A stretch of 64,000 nt of DNA from Candidatus Omnitrophota bacterium (GTDB lineage Bacteria; Omnitrophota; Gorgyraeia; Gygaellales; Profunditerraquicolaceae). Positions 47,954 through 57,974 of this stretch are shown piece after piece. The notes under the pieces were generated by a model. It saw only the letters and a program-made list of their open reading frames with translations. It had not been told where the DNA came from and searched no databases. Each line of letters starts with the position of its first letter. Position 1 is the stretch's first letter. Where the stretch lies: contig JAHKAP010000047.1 of the NCBI GenBank assembly GCA_018825985.1, forward strand, positions 2,719-66,718, written 5' to 3'. The position numbers and the translations under genes were made by a program.

Positions 47954-49192
47954 ATGAATAAACTAAAGGCATACTGGAGAGAGCTGCTGATTTTTCTGTC
48001 AATAATGGGGCCGGGTATCATCACCGCTAACGTGGATAATGATGCCGGCGGCATCACTACTTATTCCGTAGCCGGGGCCCATTTCGGATATTCCCTGATC
48101 TGGTCTTTTGTCCCTATTATTATAGCCCTTATTATAATCCAGGAGATGTGCAGCCGTATGGCTGTAGTTACTGGCAAGGGCCTGGCAGATTTGATCCGCG
48201 AGGAATTCGGGGTCAGGGTTACCTTCTACGCTATGACCGTCCTGGTATTTTCGAACATTTTTAATACTATTTCTGAGTTTGCCGGTATTGCCGCGGCGTC
48301 CGAGCTTTTTGGGATGAGTAAATATCTTTTAGTCCCGGCCTGCGCGATTTTTGTCTGGTGGCTGATTGTAAAAGGGACTTATAAGACCGTGGAAAAAGTT
48401 TTTTTAGCCGCCTGTCTTTTTTACCTATCATACATTTTTTCCGGATTCTTATCTAACCCAAACTGGAATGAGGTGGTGGCTAGTTCCGTAAAACCCAGCA
48501 TAAAATTCGACAAGGCTTATCTTTTTATGCTTATGGGTGTCATCGGGACTACCATTGCTCCTTGGATGCAATTTTACCAACAGTCGTCAGTGGTTGAAAA
48601 AGAGATCAAGATAAAAAATTATAAGTATAGCAAAATGGATGTGATCGTTGGCTCTTTTGTGGTCAATATAGTCGCTATTTTTATAGTGGTGGTCTGCGCA
48701 AACACCCTATTTAAACACGGGATAAGGATAGAGACCGCCAAAGACGCGGCTTTGGCGCTTAAGCCTCTGGCCGGTAAATATTGTTTTTACCTTTTTGCCT
48801 TCGGGCTATTAAACGCCTCAGTGTTCTCTGCATGCATCCTTCCTCTATCTACCGCTTATTCGGTTTGTGAGGGTATGGGTTGGGAGGTGGGCGTAAATAA
48901 GCGTTTCCGTGAAGCCCCGCAATTTTATACCCTTTATACTACCGTTATTATTATCGGAGCCGCGGTGATCTTGCTCCCGAACGTCCCGCTTATCACTGTT
49001 ATGCTTGTCTCTCAGGTTACTAACGGGCTTTTGCTTCCTTTTGTTTTGATTTTTATGTTGATGTTGGTTAATAATAAGCGCCTGATGGGTAACTATACAA
49101 ATTCTAGGGTCTATAATATATTTGCCATAGCTACTATTGTTTTAATGATCGTTTTGTCAGTAATGCTGATATTTAGTTATTTCATCCACTAA
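47954..49192 (+). CDS. NRAMP-family divalent cation transporter (Mg2+-type DAGG motif)
   Basis: MGPGIITANVDNDAGGITTYS and GTTIAPW. Confidence 0.88.
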   Translation: MNKLKAYWRELLIFLSIMGPGIITANVDNDAGGITTYSVAGAHFGYSLIWSFVPIIIALIIIQEMCSRMAVVTGKGLADLIREEFGVRVTFYAMTVLVFSNIFNTISEFAGIAAASELFGMSKYLLVPACAIFVWWLIVKGTYKTVEKVFLAACLFYLSYIFSGFLSNPNWNEVVASSVKPSIKFDKAYLFMLMGVIGTTIAPWMQFYQQSSVVEKEIKIKNYKYSKMDVIVGSFVVNIVAIFIVVVCANTLFKHGIRIETAKDAALALKPLAGKYCFYLFAFGLLNASVFSACILPLSTAYSVCEGMGWEVGVNKRFREAPQFYTLYTTVIIIGAAVILLPNVPLITVMLVSQVTNGLLLPFVLIFMLMLVNNKRLMGNYTNSRVYNIFAIATIVLMIVLSVMLIFSYFIH

Positions 49193-49194
49193 TA

Positions 49195-50043
49195 ATGAGC
49201 AAAATTACTCCAAAGGATATTTTAGGACTGAAGGGTAAACGTAAGATAACCATGCTTACCGCTTATGATTACCCCTTAGCTTCTTTGATCGATAAAGCAG
49301 GTATAGATATTATTTTAATCGGCGATTCTTTGGCTAATGTGGTTTTAGGGCTGGAATCTACTAAGGATGTGGGGATGACAGAGATGATCCATCATTCAAA
49401 AGCCGTATCCCGCGGGGTAAAGAATGCCCTGTTGGTGGGGGATATGCCTTTTGAATCTTACCAGATAAATCCCGGTGAATCAGTAAATAACGCCCGCAGG
49501 TTCGTTGATGAGTCTAAATGTGATGCCGTAAAGATAGAATGGTTTGATCGGTGTTTAGAAGTAACTGAAAAAATTATTAAATCCGGGATCCCGGTGATGG
49601 GGCATATCGGGCTTACTCCTCAGACCGCGGATAAGCTCGGAGGATTTAAGGTCCAAGGTAAAGACGCGCAGGCCGCCGAAAAATTGATCCATCAGGCTAA
49701 AGCTATTGAGAAGTTGGGATGTTTCTCTGTAGTTTTGGAATGTGTTCCGGACAGAATAGCCCAGATCATTACTGAAGAGCTTAAGATTCCTACTATTGGT
49801 ATTGGGGCAGGTCTATTTTGCGACGGCCAGGTCCTGGTAACTCACGACATGCTTGGGTTATTTGACAGGTATAAGCCGAAGTTCGTAAAGCAATATGTGA
49901 ATTTATCTGAAAGCATTTTGAAAGCGATCGAGGAATATAAAAGCGAGGTTATAAACAGCAAATTCCCGGATAAAGAGCATAGTTTCAGTATCAGCCAGGA
50001 AGAACTGGATAAATTAAGGGCCTCACCAGGTGATAGGGATTGA
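49195..50043 (+). CDS. panB: 3-methyl-2-oxobutanoate hydroxymethyltransferase
   Basis: MLTAYD, GDSL, GHIGLTPQ and IGIGAG..DGQVLV. Confidence 0.95.
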   Translation: MSKITPKDILGLKGKRKITMLTAYDYPLASLIDKAGIDIILIGDSLANVVLGLESTKDVGMTEMIHHSKAVSRGVKNALLVGDMPFESYQINPGESVNNARRFVDESKCDAVKIEWFDRCLEVTEKIIKSGIPVMGHIGLTPQTADKLGGFKVQGKDAQAAEKLIHQAKAIEKLGCFSVVLECVPDRIAQIITEELKIPTIGIGAGLFCDGQVLVTHDMLGLFDRYKPKFVKQYVNLSESILKAIEEYKSEVINSKFPDKEHSFSISQEELDKLRASPGDRD

Positions 50044-50078
50044 CAACCCTGTTAATCTATGTTAAAAATAATAACTCT

Positions 50079-51383
50079 ATGAACGATTTAATGGAAAAAA
50101 TAGTTTCTTTGTGCAAGCGGCGGGGGGTTATTTTTCAGTCTTCCGAGATTTACGGCGGTTTGGCCAATGCCTGGGATTATGGCCCTTTTGGCATCGAATT
50201 AAAGAATAATATTAAGCAAGCCTGGTGGAAGGCAAACGTACATAATAGGTATGATATTTTAGGCATGGATGCCTCTATACTTATGCATCCTAAGGTCTGG
50301 GAAGCTTCAGGCCATGTCCAGAATTTTTACGATCTTAAGAGCGATTGTAAATCCTGTAAAAAGCGCTTTAAGACCGAGGAGCTGAAAGATAAACATAAAT
50401 GCCCGGAGTGCGGTTCGGAATTGACAGAAGGCCGGCAGTTTAATCTGATGTTTGAGACTTACCAGGGAGCTGTGGGTGATGCTGCGGATAAAATATATCT
50501 GCGTCCGGAAACCGCCCAGGGGATGTTCGTTAATTTCGTTAATATTTTGGATTCCCGCCATCCTAAGCTTCCATTTGGCCTGGCTCAGATCGGAAAATCA
50601 TTCCGCAATGAAATAACCCCGGGTAATTTTATTTTTAGGACCCGGGAATTTGAGCAGATGGAGATAGAGTATTTTGTCCGGCCGCAAGACGGGGATAAAT
50701 GTTATCAGTCCTGGGTTGAGGAGAGGCTTAAATGGTATATCGGTTTAGGTATTAAAAAAGATAATATCAGGAAGCGCGAGCATGGCAAAGACGAACTGGC
50801 TCATTACGCCCTGGCCTGTACGGATATCGAATATAATTTTCCGATAGGTTGGTCTGAGCTGGAGGGTATTGCCAATCGGGCTGATTTTGATTTAAAACAG
50901 CATTCTCAATTAAGCGGCAAGGAGTTAAAGTATTTTGATGAAGTAAGTAAGGAGAAATTTTATCCTTTCATCATTGAGCCTTCTGCGGGAGTGGATAGAA
51001 GTTTGTTAGCGTTTTTAGTTGATGCCTACCACGAAGAAAAAGTCAGGGAAGAGACCCGGGTAGTCTTAAAATTAAATAAGGGGCTCTCTCCTGTGAAAGC
51101 GGCAGTGTTGCCGCTTTTAAAGAACCGCACCGCAATCGTGGAGTTAGCTAAAAAAATTGCCGGAGATCTAAAAAAAGATATTTACGCGGTTTATGATGAT
51201 ACTGCGGCTATCGGAAAGTTATACCGCCGGCAGGATGAAGTAGGTACTCCTTATTGCATAACTGTTGATGTGCAGTCCTTGGAAGATAAACAGGTTACTG
51301 TCAGGGACAGGGATTCGATGCTGCAGGAGAGGATCGGGGTAGATAGGGTAAAAGAATATATTTTAGAGGAACTAAATAAATAG
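50079..51383 (+). CDS. glyS: Glycine-tRNA ligase, homodimeric (alpha2) type
   Basis: CKRRG, LRPETAQG, FRNEITP..FRTREFEQME and IEPSAGVDR. Confidence 0.94.
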   Translation: MNDLMEKIVSLCKRRGVIFQSSEIYGGLANAWDYGPFGIELKNNIKQAWWKANVHNRYDILGMDASILMHPKVWEASGHVQNFYDLKSDCKSCKKRFKTEELKDKHKCPECGSELTEGRQFNLMFETYQGAVGDAADKIYLRPETAQGMFVNFVNILDSRHPKLPFGLAQIGKSFRNEITPGNFIFRTREFEQMEIEYFVRPQDGDKCYQSWVEERLKWYIGLGIKKDNIRKREHGKDELAHYALACTDIEYNFPIGWSELEGIANRADFDLKQHSQLSGKELKYFDEVSKEKFYPFIIEPSAGVDRSLLAFLVDAYHEEKVREETRVVLKLNKGLSPVKAAVLPLLKNRTAIVELAKKIAGDLKKDIYAVYDDTAAIGKLYRRQDEVGTPYCITVDVQSLEDKQVTVRDRDSMLQERIGVDRVKEYILEELNK

Positions 51384-51475
51384 AAATGGGGTCAGAAAAT
51401 GGGGTCAGAATTATTTTTTCTTTTTGTTTTATTGTAAAAAATAATTCTGACCCCATTTTCTGACTGACCCCATTT
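51382..51475. repeat. Palindromic element family A, copy 7, duplicated at both ends
   Basis: GAAATGGGGTCA-GAAAATGGGGTCAGAATTATTTTTT..AAAAAATAATTCTGACCCCATTTTCTGA-CTGACCCCATTT. Confidence 0.9.
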
Positions 51476-51504
51476 ACAACAATGATAGGAGGGTTTTAAA
51501 AGAA

Positions 51505-54240
51505 ATGGCAAAGAAGTATGTGTATTCGTTTGGCGGCGGCAAGGCAGATGGTAATGAGAGTATGAAGAACCTCTTGGGTGGCAAAGGCGCCAACCTGGCG
51601 GAGATGGCCGGGCATAAAGATCTGAAGCTTCCGGTTCCTCCGGGATTTACCCTTACTACGGAGGTCTGTACATATTATTATCAGAATAAAAAGAAGTATC
51701 CTAAAGACCTAAAACAAGAAGTAAATAAGGCTTTAGAGAAGATTGAGAAATTAATGGATAGGAAATTCGGCGACTCGGTTAATCCGCTTTTGGTTTCGGT
51801 GCGATCTGGCGCCAGGAAATCAATGCCCGGGATGATGGAGACGGTTTTAAATGTCGGTTTAAATGAGAAAACAATCCCCGGATTGATCAAACAGAGCAAT
51901 GGTAACGGCCGTTTTGTTTATGACGCTTACCGCAGGTTGATCATGATGTATTCCGACGTGGTTATGGAAAAAGCCGCCGGTATTGAACCTAAGGATGAAG
52001 AAGGTATCCGTAAACAGCTGGAAAAGATCATGGGCCAGATGAAAAAAGAAAAAGGCTATAAAACTGATACGGACCTGAACGTTGACGATCTGAAGAAACT
52101 CTGTTCGTTATTTAAGAATAAGATCAGGGAGGTTTTAGGTAAGGATTTTCCTGATGAGCCGATGGAACAACTCTGGGGAGGTATCGGAGCGGTATTTTCT
52201 TCCTGGAATGGCAAGAGGGCAATTAGCTATCGTCGGATCGAAGGGATTCCCGATGAATGGGGCACAGCGGTTAACGTGCAGTCCATGGTTTTCGGGAATA
52301 TGGGTGATGATTCAGCTACCGGAGTTGCTTTTTCGCGCAATCCCGGAAACGGCGAAAATTATTTCTACGGCGAGTATCTTATCAATGCTCAGGGCGAAGA
52401 TGTGGTTGCCGGGATTCGCACTCCGGCTCCTATCAATCAGGCCTCGCAATCCGAACACAATAAGGGATTGTTGACTCTGGAAAAAGGCATGCCTAAGCTT
52501 TATAATGAATTAGTCGGCTATCGCAACCGCCTGGAGAAACATTACCGGGATATGCAGGATATTGAGTTTACAATTGAAAAGGGCAGGCTTTTTATGTTGC
52601 AGTGCCGGGTGGGTAAGCGTAATGGACCGGCTGCTGTGCGTATGGCTATGGATATGATAAAAGAAAAACTCATAAAAAAAGAGGAAGCGGTAATGCGGGT
52701 TACTCCGGCTCAATTAGATGAGCTATTGCATCCTATAATCAATCCTAAAGTAGAAATGGCTTCTAAGCCTTTAGGCAAAGGTTTGCCTGCCGGGCCAGGT
52801 GGCGCTAACGGACAGATAGTATTTTCGGCTAATGATGCCGTAGAGTGGGCAAAGCAGGGTAAAAAAGTTATTTTAGTCCGCGAAGAAACTAACCCTGAAG
52901 ATGTGGAAGGTATGCGCTCTGCCCAGGCTATTCTTACTGCCCGGGGCGGGATGACCTCTCATGCCGCATTAGTTGCCCGCGGCTGGGGTAAGTGTTGTAT
53001 CGTCGGATGCGGCGAAATGCATATTGATTACGCTAAAAAAGAGGTTTATTTAGGGGGCAAGACCCTTAAAGAAGGCGATTGGATCACTTTAAACGGAACT
53101 AAAGGAAGTTTCTACGCCGGAAAAATGGAGATGATCGATGCTTCTCAGGAGAACGCGATCCTTTATGAGTTTTTAAAGATCTGCGGTTCGATCAAAAAAT
53201 TAGGTATCCGGACTAACGCTGATACTCCGGCAGATGCCGATAAAGCCAGGCAATTTGGCGCTGAAGGTATCGGCCTTTTCCGGACCGAACACATGTTTTA
53301 CGGAAAAGGTTCGGATGAACCGTTATTTCTTTTGCGCAAAATGATTATTTCAAAAACCCTTGAGGAGAGGAATAAGGCTTTAGATGAATTGTTCCCCTAT
53401 GTAAAGAAAGATATCAAGGCAACGCTTGAGGCTATGGATGGGTATCCTGTGGTTATCCGTTTACTCGATCCGCCTTTACACGAGTTTGTTCCCAGGGAAC
53501 AAGCCAAGTTAGAAGAATTAGCCAAGAATTTAAATATTGATATGGGAGAGTTGACCCGTAGGGCCGATGTCTTACATGAATCTAACCCGATGATGGGGCA
53601 TAGAGGAGTGCGATTAGGGGTTACTTATCCGGAAGTTTCTGCTATGCAGATCAAGGCTATTTTTGAAGGGGCTGCCGAGTTAATCAAGGAAGGCAAAAAA
53701 CCCTACCCGGAAATAATGATACCGGTAGTTTGCGATGTAAAAGAGTTAGATGACCAGTTGGTAATAGCTAAAAAAGTATACCAGGATGTATTGGCCAAAT
53801 ACAATCTTAAGAAGATTAAGCATATGTTTGGGACAATGATTGAAATTCCCAGAGCAGCGCTTATGGCCGGTGAAATTGCCCGGGTAGCACAGTTTTTCTC
53901 ATTCGGCACCAATGATCTTACTCAGATGGGCTTTGGGTTCTCCCGTGATGATATCGGCGGATTCCTTCCAGAGTATATTAATAAAGGTATTTTACCGGAA
54001 GACCCGTTCCAGAGCATTGATCAGAAGGGTATCGGTGAGTTGATCAAAATCGCTATTGAGCGGGGCCGTAAGACCAAGAAAGAATTGGAAGTAGGTATCT
54101 GCGGTGAACACGGCGGAGAGCCGCGTTCAGTGGAATTCTGCCACAATGTGGGCATGGATTATGTAAGTTGTTCGCCGTTTCGGGTGCCTATCGCTAAATT
54201 AGCGGCAGCCCAGGCAGTGTTGAGGACCAAGAAGAAATAA
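51505..54240 (+). CDS. ppdK: Pyruvate phosphate dikinase
   Basis: LLGGKGANLAEM, GGMTSHAA, SFGTNDLTQ and GICGEHGG. Confidence 0.97.
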   Translation: MAKKYVYSFGGGKADGNESMKNLLGGKGANLAEMAGHKDLKLPVPPGFTLTTEVCTYYYQNKKKYPKDLKQEVNKALEKIEKLMDRKFGDSVNPLLVSVRSGARKSMPGMMETVLNVGLNEKTIPGLIKQSNGNGRFVYDAYRRLIMMYSDVVMEKAAGIEPKDEEGIRKQLEKIMGQMKKEKGYKTDTDLNVDDLKKLCSLFKNKIREVLGKDFPDEPMEQLWGGIGAVFSSWNGKRAISYRRIEGIPDEWGTAVNVQSMVFGNMGDDSATGVAFSRNPGNGENYFYGEYLINAQGEDVVAGIRTPAPINQASQSEHNKGLLTLEKGMPKLYNELVGYRNRLEKHYRDMQDIEFTIEKGRLFMLQCRVGKRNGPAAVRMAMDMIKEKLIKKEEAVMRVTPAQLDELLHPIINPKVEMASKPLGKGLPAGPGGANGQIVFSANDAVEWAKQGKKVILVREETNPEDVEGMRSAQAILTARGGMTSHAALVARGWGKCCIVGCGEMHIDYAKKEVYLGGKTLKEGDWITLNGTKGSFYAGKMEMIDASQENAILYEFLKICGSIKKLGIRTNADTPADADKARQFGAEGIGLFRTEHMFYGKGSDEPLFLLRKMIISKTLEERNKALDELFPYVKKDIKATLEAMDGYPVVIRLLDPPLHEFVPREQAKLEELAKNLNIDMGELTRRADVLHESNPMMGHRGVRLGVTYPEVSAMQIKAIFEGAAELIKEGKKPYPEIMIPVVCDVKELDDQLVIAKKVYQDVLAKYNLKKIKHMFGTMIEIPRAALMAGEIARVAQFFSFGTNDLTQMGFGFSRDDIGGFLPEYINKGILPEDPFQSIDQKGIGELIKIAIERGRKTKKELEVGICGEHGGEPRSVEFCHNVGMDYVSCSPFRVPIAKLAAAQAVLRTKKK

Positions 54241-54339
54241 TTGGTAAAGATATAGGTATAGATAGAGAGCTGATTGAATATTTATTTTTTTCTCTGCCTT
54301 TGCCTTCTCCTCTACCTAGGTCAACTTTGAGGGAAATAT

Positions 54340-55152
54340 ATGGAAGCATTAAAGACTTACCTGAAGGAAGTCCGGCTCATATCGCTCCTGACTGCAGAGC
54401 AGGAAGTAGAGTTAAGTAAGAAGATAAAAAAAGGTGATGAACGTGCCCGGAAGGCGATGATCCGGGCTAACCTGAGGCTGGTAATAAATATAGCCAAAAG
54501 GTACTATCATCTAGGTATACCTCTGCTGGATTTGATTGAAGAGGGTAATCTGGGCCTGATGAAGGCGGTGGATAAATTTAACCACCTCCGGGGTTATCGT
54601 TTTTCCACTTACGCTGCTTGGTGGATCAGGCAGGGTATTATCCGAGCGATCAGCCAACAAGGTAAAATGGTCCGGCTTCCAGTATATATGAATGAACGTC
54701 TGACTAAATGGAAGAAGACTAGTGAGGTTATGTCTCAAAGGTTAAAACGGGTACCCACTGATCAGGAAATAGCTAAAAAGATGAAGATATCCGTTACTCA
54801 TATGGAAGAGGTAAAATTTTGGTTAACTAGTAAAACCTCGTCCTTAGAGGCGCCTATCGGCGAAGAAGACGAGAGCCAGGTTTCGGATCTGGTTGAGGAT
54901 GAAAAAGCCGTGGCCCCTGACGCTGAGGTCAGGCGCATATTTGATCAGGAGAGGATTACGGACCTGCTGGGATTAATGACAGTCAGGGAAAAAGTGATCC
55001 TGGATATGCGTTTTGGCCTAGTTAAGGGAAAGACCCATACTTTAAGAGAAGTAGCAAAGAAAATAGGGGTATCCCGGGAGAGGATCCGTCAGATCGAGGA
55101 AGGGGCGCTAAGAAAACTGCGCAGTTTTGTCAAGAAAGAGGAGATTAGATGA
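54340..55152 (+). CDS. Sigma-70 family (RpoD/RpoS-like, regions 1.2-4) sigma factor
   Basis: ANLRLVINIAK, DLIEEGNLGL, FSTYAAWWIRQ and SRERIRQIE. Confidence 0.9.
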   Translation: MEALKTYLKEVRLISLLTAEQEVELSKKIKKGDERARKAMIRANLRLVINIAKRYYHLGIPLLDLIEEGNLGLMKAVDKFNHLRGYRFSTYAAWWIRQGIIRAISQQGKMVRLPVYMNERLTKWKKTSEVMSQRLKRVPTDQEIAKKMKISVTHMEEVKFWLTSKTSSLEAPIGEEDESQVSDLVEDEKAVAPDAEVRRIFDQERITDLLGLMTVREKVILDMRFGLVKGKTHTLREVAKKIGVSRERIRQIEEGALRKLRSFVKKEEIR

Positions 55153-55679
55153 AAAAAACAAATCTGGCTGATGCAGTAAGAAGCATTCCCGGATTTCCCA
55201 AGCAGGGGATCATATTCCGCGACATCACCACTTTAGTAAAAGATAAAAAAGCGTTCAAGGAATCAATAGACGCTTTAACCGAAAAATATAAGAATAAAGG
55301 TATAGATATCGTAGTAGGAGTTGAATCCCGGGGATTTATTTTTGGCAGTGCGGTCGCCTATAAACTAGGCGCGGGTTTTGTCCTGGTGCGCAAAAAAGGC
55401 AAACTTCCGGCTAAAACTATATCTGCTACTTATGAGTTGGAGTATGGCACTGATACCTTGGAGATCCACGAGGACGCTATTAAACCTGGTTCTAAAGTTT
55501 TAATTGTGGATGATCTTTTAGCTACTGGCGGCACAGTTAAAGCTGTGACTGGATTGGTCGGACAGCTAATGGGGAAGATTGCCGGGATCGCTTTCGTGAT
55601 CGAACTGGTGGATTTAAAAGGTAAAGAAAAACTAAAAGGGTATCCGGTTTATTCTTTGATAAAATTTAAGGGTCATTGA
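55149..55679 (+). CDS. apt: Adenine phosphoribosyltransferase
   Basis: GIIFRDIT, ESRGFI, LEYGT and VDDLLATGGT. Confidence 0.95.
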   Translation: MKKTNLADAVRSIPGFPKQGIIFRDITTLVKDKKAFKESIDALTEKYKNKGIDIVVGVESRGFIFGSAVAYKLGAGFVLVRKKGKLPAKTISATYELEYGTDTLEIHEDAIKPGSKVLIVDDLLATGGTVKAVTGLVGQLMGKIAGIAFVIELVDLKGKEKLKGYPVYSLIKFKGH

Positions 55680-55682
55680 ATT

Positions 55683-55756
55683 GCGCCTGTAGCTCATAAG
55701 GATAGAGCAGCAGTTTCCTAAACTGCGTGCGGCAGGTTCGATTCCTGCCAGGCGCA
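55683..55756 (+). tRNA. tRNA-Arg(CCT)
   Basis: GCGCCTG/CAGGCGC acceptor, GCAGT-TTCCTAA-ACTGC anticodon arm, GGTTCGATTCC; CCA not encoded. Confidence 0.92.
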
Positions 55757-55772
55757 CAAGACAGACAAGGCA

Positions 55773-55857
55773 GGGACACCCCGTCAGCTAATCGTCAGGG
55801 TGTCCCCATACAAAAATAATAGGGACACCCTTAGCTTTATCTGGGAGGGTGTCCCTA
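55773..55857. repeat. Two tandem GGGACACCC..GGGTGTCCC hairpins (family C)
   Basis: 55773-55806 and 55820-55857. Confidence 0.75.
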
Positions 55858-55864
55858 AGGAAAT

Positions 55865-56524
55865 ATGAGAATGTATAATCTGCACTGCCATTCACTATTA
55901 AGCGATGGAGAGCTGCTTCCTTCGGAAGTAGCAGTCCGTTATATGGACAAAGGGTATAAGGCAATTGCCATTACTGACCATAGCGACTATGGTAATATCA
56001 GTTCAAATGCCCGATCGATAGTTGAGTTTTCTCGGCACTGGCCTAAGGATTTTGCGATCCGGGTTTTTCCGGGCATTGAATTGACCCATATACCGCCTGA
56101 ACAATTTAAACCTTTAACCAAATTAGCCCGGTCAAAGGGAATCAAGATTATTATAGCCCACGGAGAGACTCCGGTTGAACCGATGATCGCAGGAACCAAC
56201 CGCGCGGCCCTGGAATCGGATATCGATATCCTGGCTCATCCCGGGAAGATCACTGATGAGGATGTGAAATTAGCCAGGGATAAAGGCATATTCCTGGAAG
56301 TAACTACCCGTAAAGGGCATTCTTTGGCTAATGCCTATGTGATTAAAAAAGCTCTTAAGTTCGGCGCCCGTCTGATCATTAACACAGATAGTCATTCGCC
56401 CGATGATATTATCAGCCCGGAGAAAGTCATAGCTATTGCCAGAAAATCGGGCTTAAGCCTTAAGCAAATAGAAGATATTTATAAAGACGTAGCTAACTTT
56501 TTAGGCGAAAGGGGGAAGAAATGA
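55865..56524 (+). CDS. PHP domain protein
   Basis: LHCHSLLSDG, ITDH, HGET, LAHPG and NTDSH. Confidence 0.88.
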   Translation: MRMYNLHCHSLLSDGELLPSEVAVRYMDKGYKAIAITDHSDYGNISSNARSIVEFSRHWPKDFAIRVFPGIELTHIPPEQFKPLTKLARSKGIKIIIAHGETPVEPMIAGTNRAALESDIDILAHPGKITDEDVKLARDKGIFLEVTTRKGHSLANAYVIKKALKFGARLIINTDSHSPDDIISPEKVIAIARKSGLSLKQIEDIYKDVANFLGERGKK

Positions 56525-57003
56525 GGAGCATTTTAGTTATTTTATTAGTTGGAATTTTCATTACCGGTATTTTGGGCTGCGCAACAACTTCCAGTGATAA
56601 GCCGGGTTTGCCCAAGGATGAAGCTATGCTGGAGCCTTCGGGTTTATTAAAATTCAGCGATATTCCTATCCCCTCCGGGTTTAAGTCTCTATCTCAGGAT
56701 TCTTATTCATTTGAGAGCGCTGGAGTGAGGGTGGGTTTATTGAAATACCAGGGGAAGGCCAATCCTGGCCAGGTAGTAAATTTTTTTAAAGAACAGATGG
56801 TGATGTATAACTGGAATCTTTTGAATGTTATTGAATACGGAGAAAAGATTTTGAATTTTGACCGGGAGGGGGAAAGCTGTATTATTACTATATCCGGCAA
56901 GGGCAATAATTATACAATTACTATTTCTTTAGGCCCAAAATCCCAAAAGATTTCTACCAGGAGATCTTCCTGGGACACCAGGGCCAAAGACCCAGTCAAA
57001 TAA
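56521..57003 (+). CDS. Hypothetical lipoprotein
   Basis: Lipobox ILGC; FSDIPIPSGF. Confidence 0.7.
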   Translation: MRSILVILLVGIFITGILGCATTSSDKPGLPKDEAMLEPSGLLKFSDIPIPSGFKSLSQDSYSFESAGVRVGLLKYQGKANPGQVVNFFKEQMVMYNWNLLNVIEYGEKILNFDREGESCIITISGKGNNYTITISLGPKSQKISTRRSSWDTRAKDPVK

Positions 57004-57036
57004 AAATGACTAGGTGACCTGTCCCCTTACTCTGGG

Positions 57037-57657
57037 ATGAATTTAAACTGGGACATTTTATTTTTTCTATCCTCCGTAGTCCTTATCTCTTTATCCGGGG
57101 TAATGATGCCCGGGCCTTTATTCGCGGTCACAGTCGTCAAAGGTTACAAAAATAAAAACAGCGGTTTTCTGATCAGTATCGGCCATGGTATAGTCGAGAT
57201 CCCCTTAATGATCCTGATCTACCTCGGCTTCACCCGCTTACTTACCTCGGATATTGTTAAGATCGCTATAAGCCTCTCTGGCGGTTTAATGCTTATTTTT
57301 ATGGGTTATCAGATGTTCAGGCAGAGAAAAACCTCCTTTGCTTCAGTCGAAGACAATCATAATAATTCTCTGGCAGCAGGTATATTTACTACCGCCCTTA
57401 ACCCGTATTTTCTCTTGTGGTGGGCAACTATCGGAGCCGCCTTGATATTAACCACCCGTAAATATGGGGTAATGGGTTTTATATTGTTTGTTATAATCCA
57501 TTGGCTCTGCGATTTTTTCTGGTGTTCATTTATTTCGTTGGCTGTGTTTAAGTCCCGGTATTTATGGAGCCCTAAGGTCCAGCAAACAGTAATCACGATA
57601 TGCGCGTTTGTTCTTTTAGGTTTTGGAGGTTGGTTTATTTATAATGTTATCAGCTAA
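57037..57657 (+). CDS. LysE family transporter
   Basis: SGVMMPGPL and NPYFLLWW. Confidence 0.85.
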   Translation: MNLNWDILFFLSSVVLISLSGVMMPGPLFAVTVVKGYKNKNSGFLISIGHGIVEIPLMILIYLGFTRLLTSDIVKIAISLSGGLMLIFMGYQMFRQRKTSFASVEDNHNNSLAAGIFTTALNPYFLLWWATIGAALILTTRKYGVMGFILFVIIHWLCDFFWCSFISLAVFKSRYLWSPKVQQTVITICAFVLLGFGGWFIYNVIS

Positions 57658-57697
57658 GTTTTTAAAAATTTATTTTGTTTTCGGAGATGAGGACTAA

Positions 57698-57845
57698 CCC
57701 AGGCAGCTTATGAAAAGGGCCTGAAGGTTGCTGTTTCTTATCCTGGCCATGGAGCCTTTGATGACCTCTGCGTATTATAGGTATAGGCAGAGGAGGCAAT
57801 TATGGTCAGGCAACTGAATGTTTTTTCTGAATAAGCTGACTAGGG
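57698..57845. ncRNA. Candidate structured RNA (long irregular hairpin), family unassigned
   Basis: Nested pairs CAGCTTAT/ATAAGCTG, GTTGC/GCAAC, CTGGCCAT/ATGGTCAG, GCCT/AGGC and CCTCTGC/GCAGAGG. Confidence 0.4.
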
Positions 57846-57962
57846 AAAGACACCGCTTTTTTAAATGAACTAAAAATACCACTTGGGTTTAGAAAATGAT
57901 TTTTCCGGTAACGCCATAGCCATGATTGGGTTATAGTCAAATTTTACCGTATCCGGCTATTT

Positions 57963-57974
57963 GAAAACGTTTTC
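57963..57974. promoter_or_regulatory. Putative LacI-family operator
   Basis: Perfect palindrome GAAAACGTTTTC about 20 bp upstream of a TTGACA at 57994. Confidence 0.45.

Noticed and set aside
50040-50078. TTG start for glyS at 50040
   Set aside because: The TTG is part of a TTGACA -35 box; homology begins near the ATGs at 50079-50091
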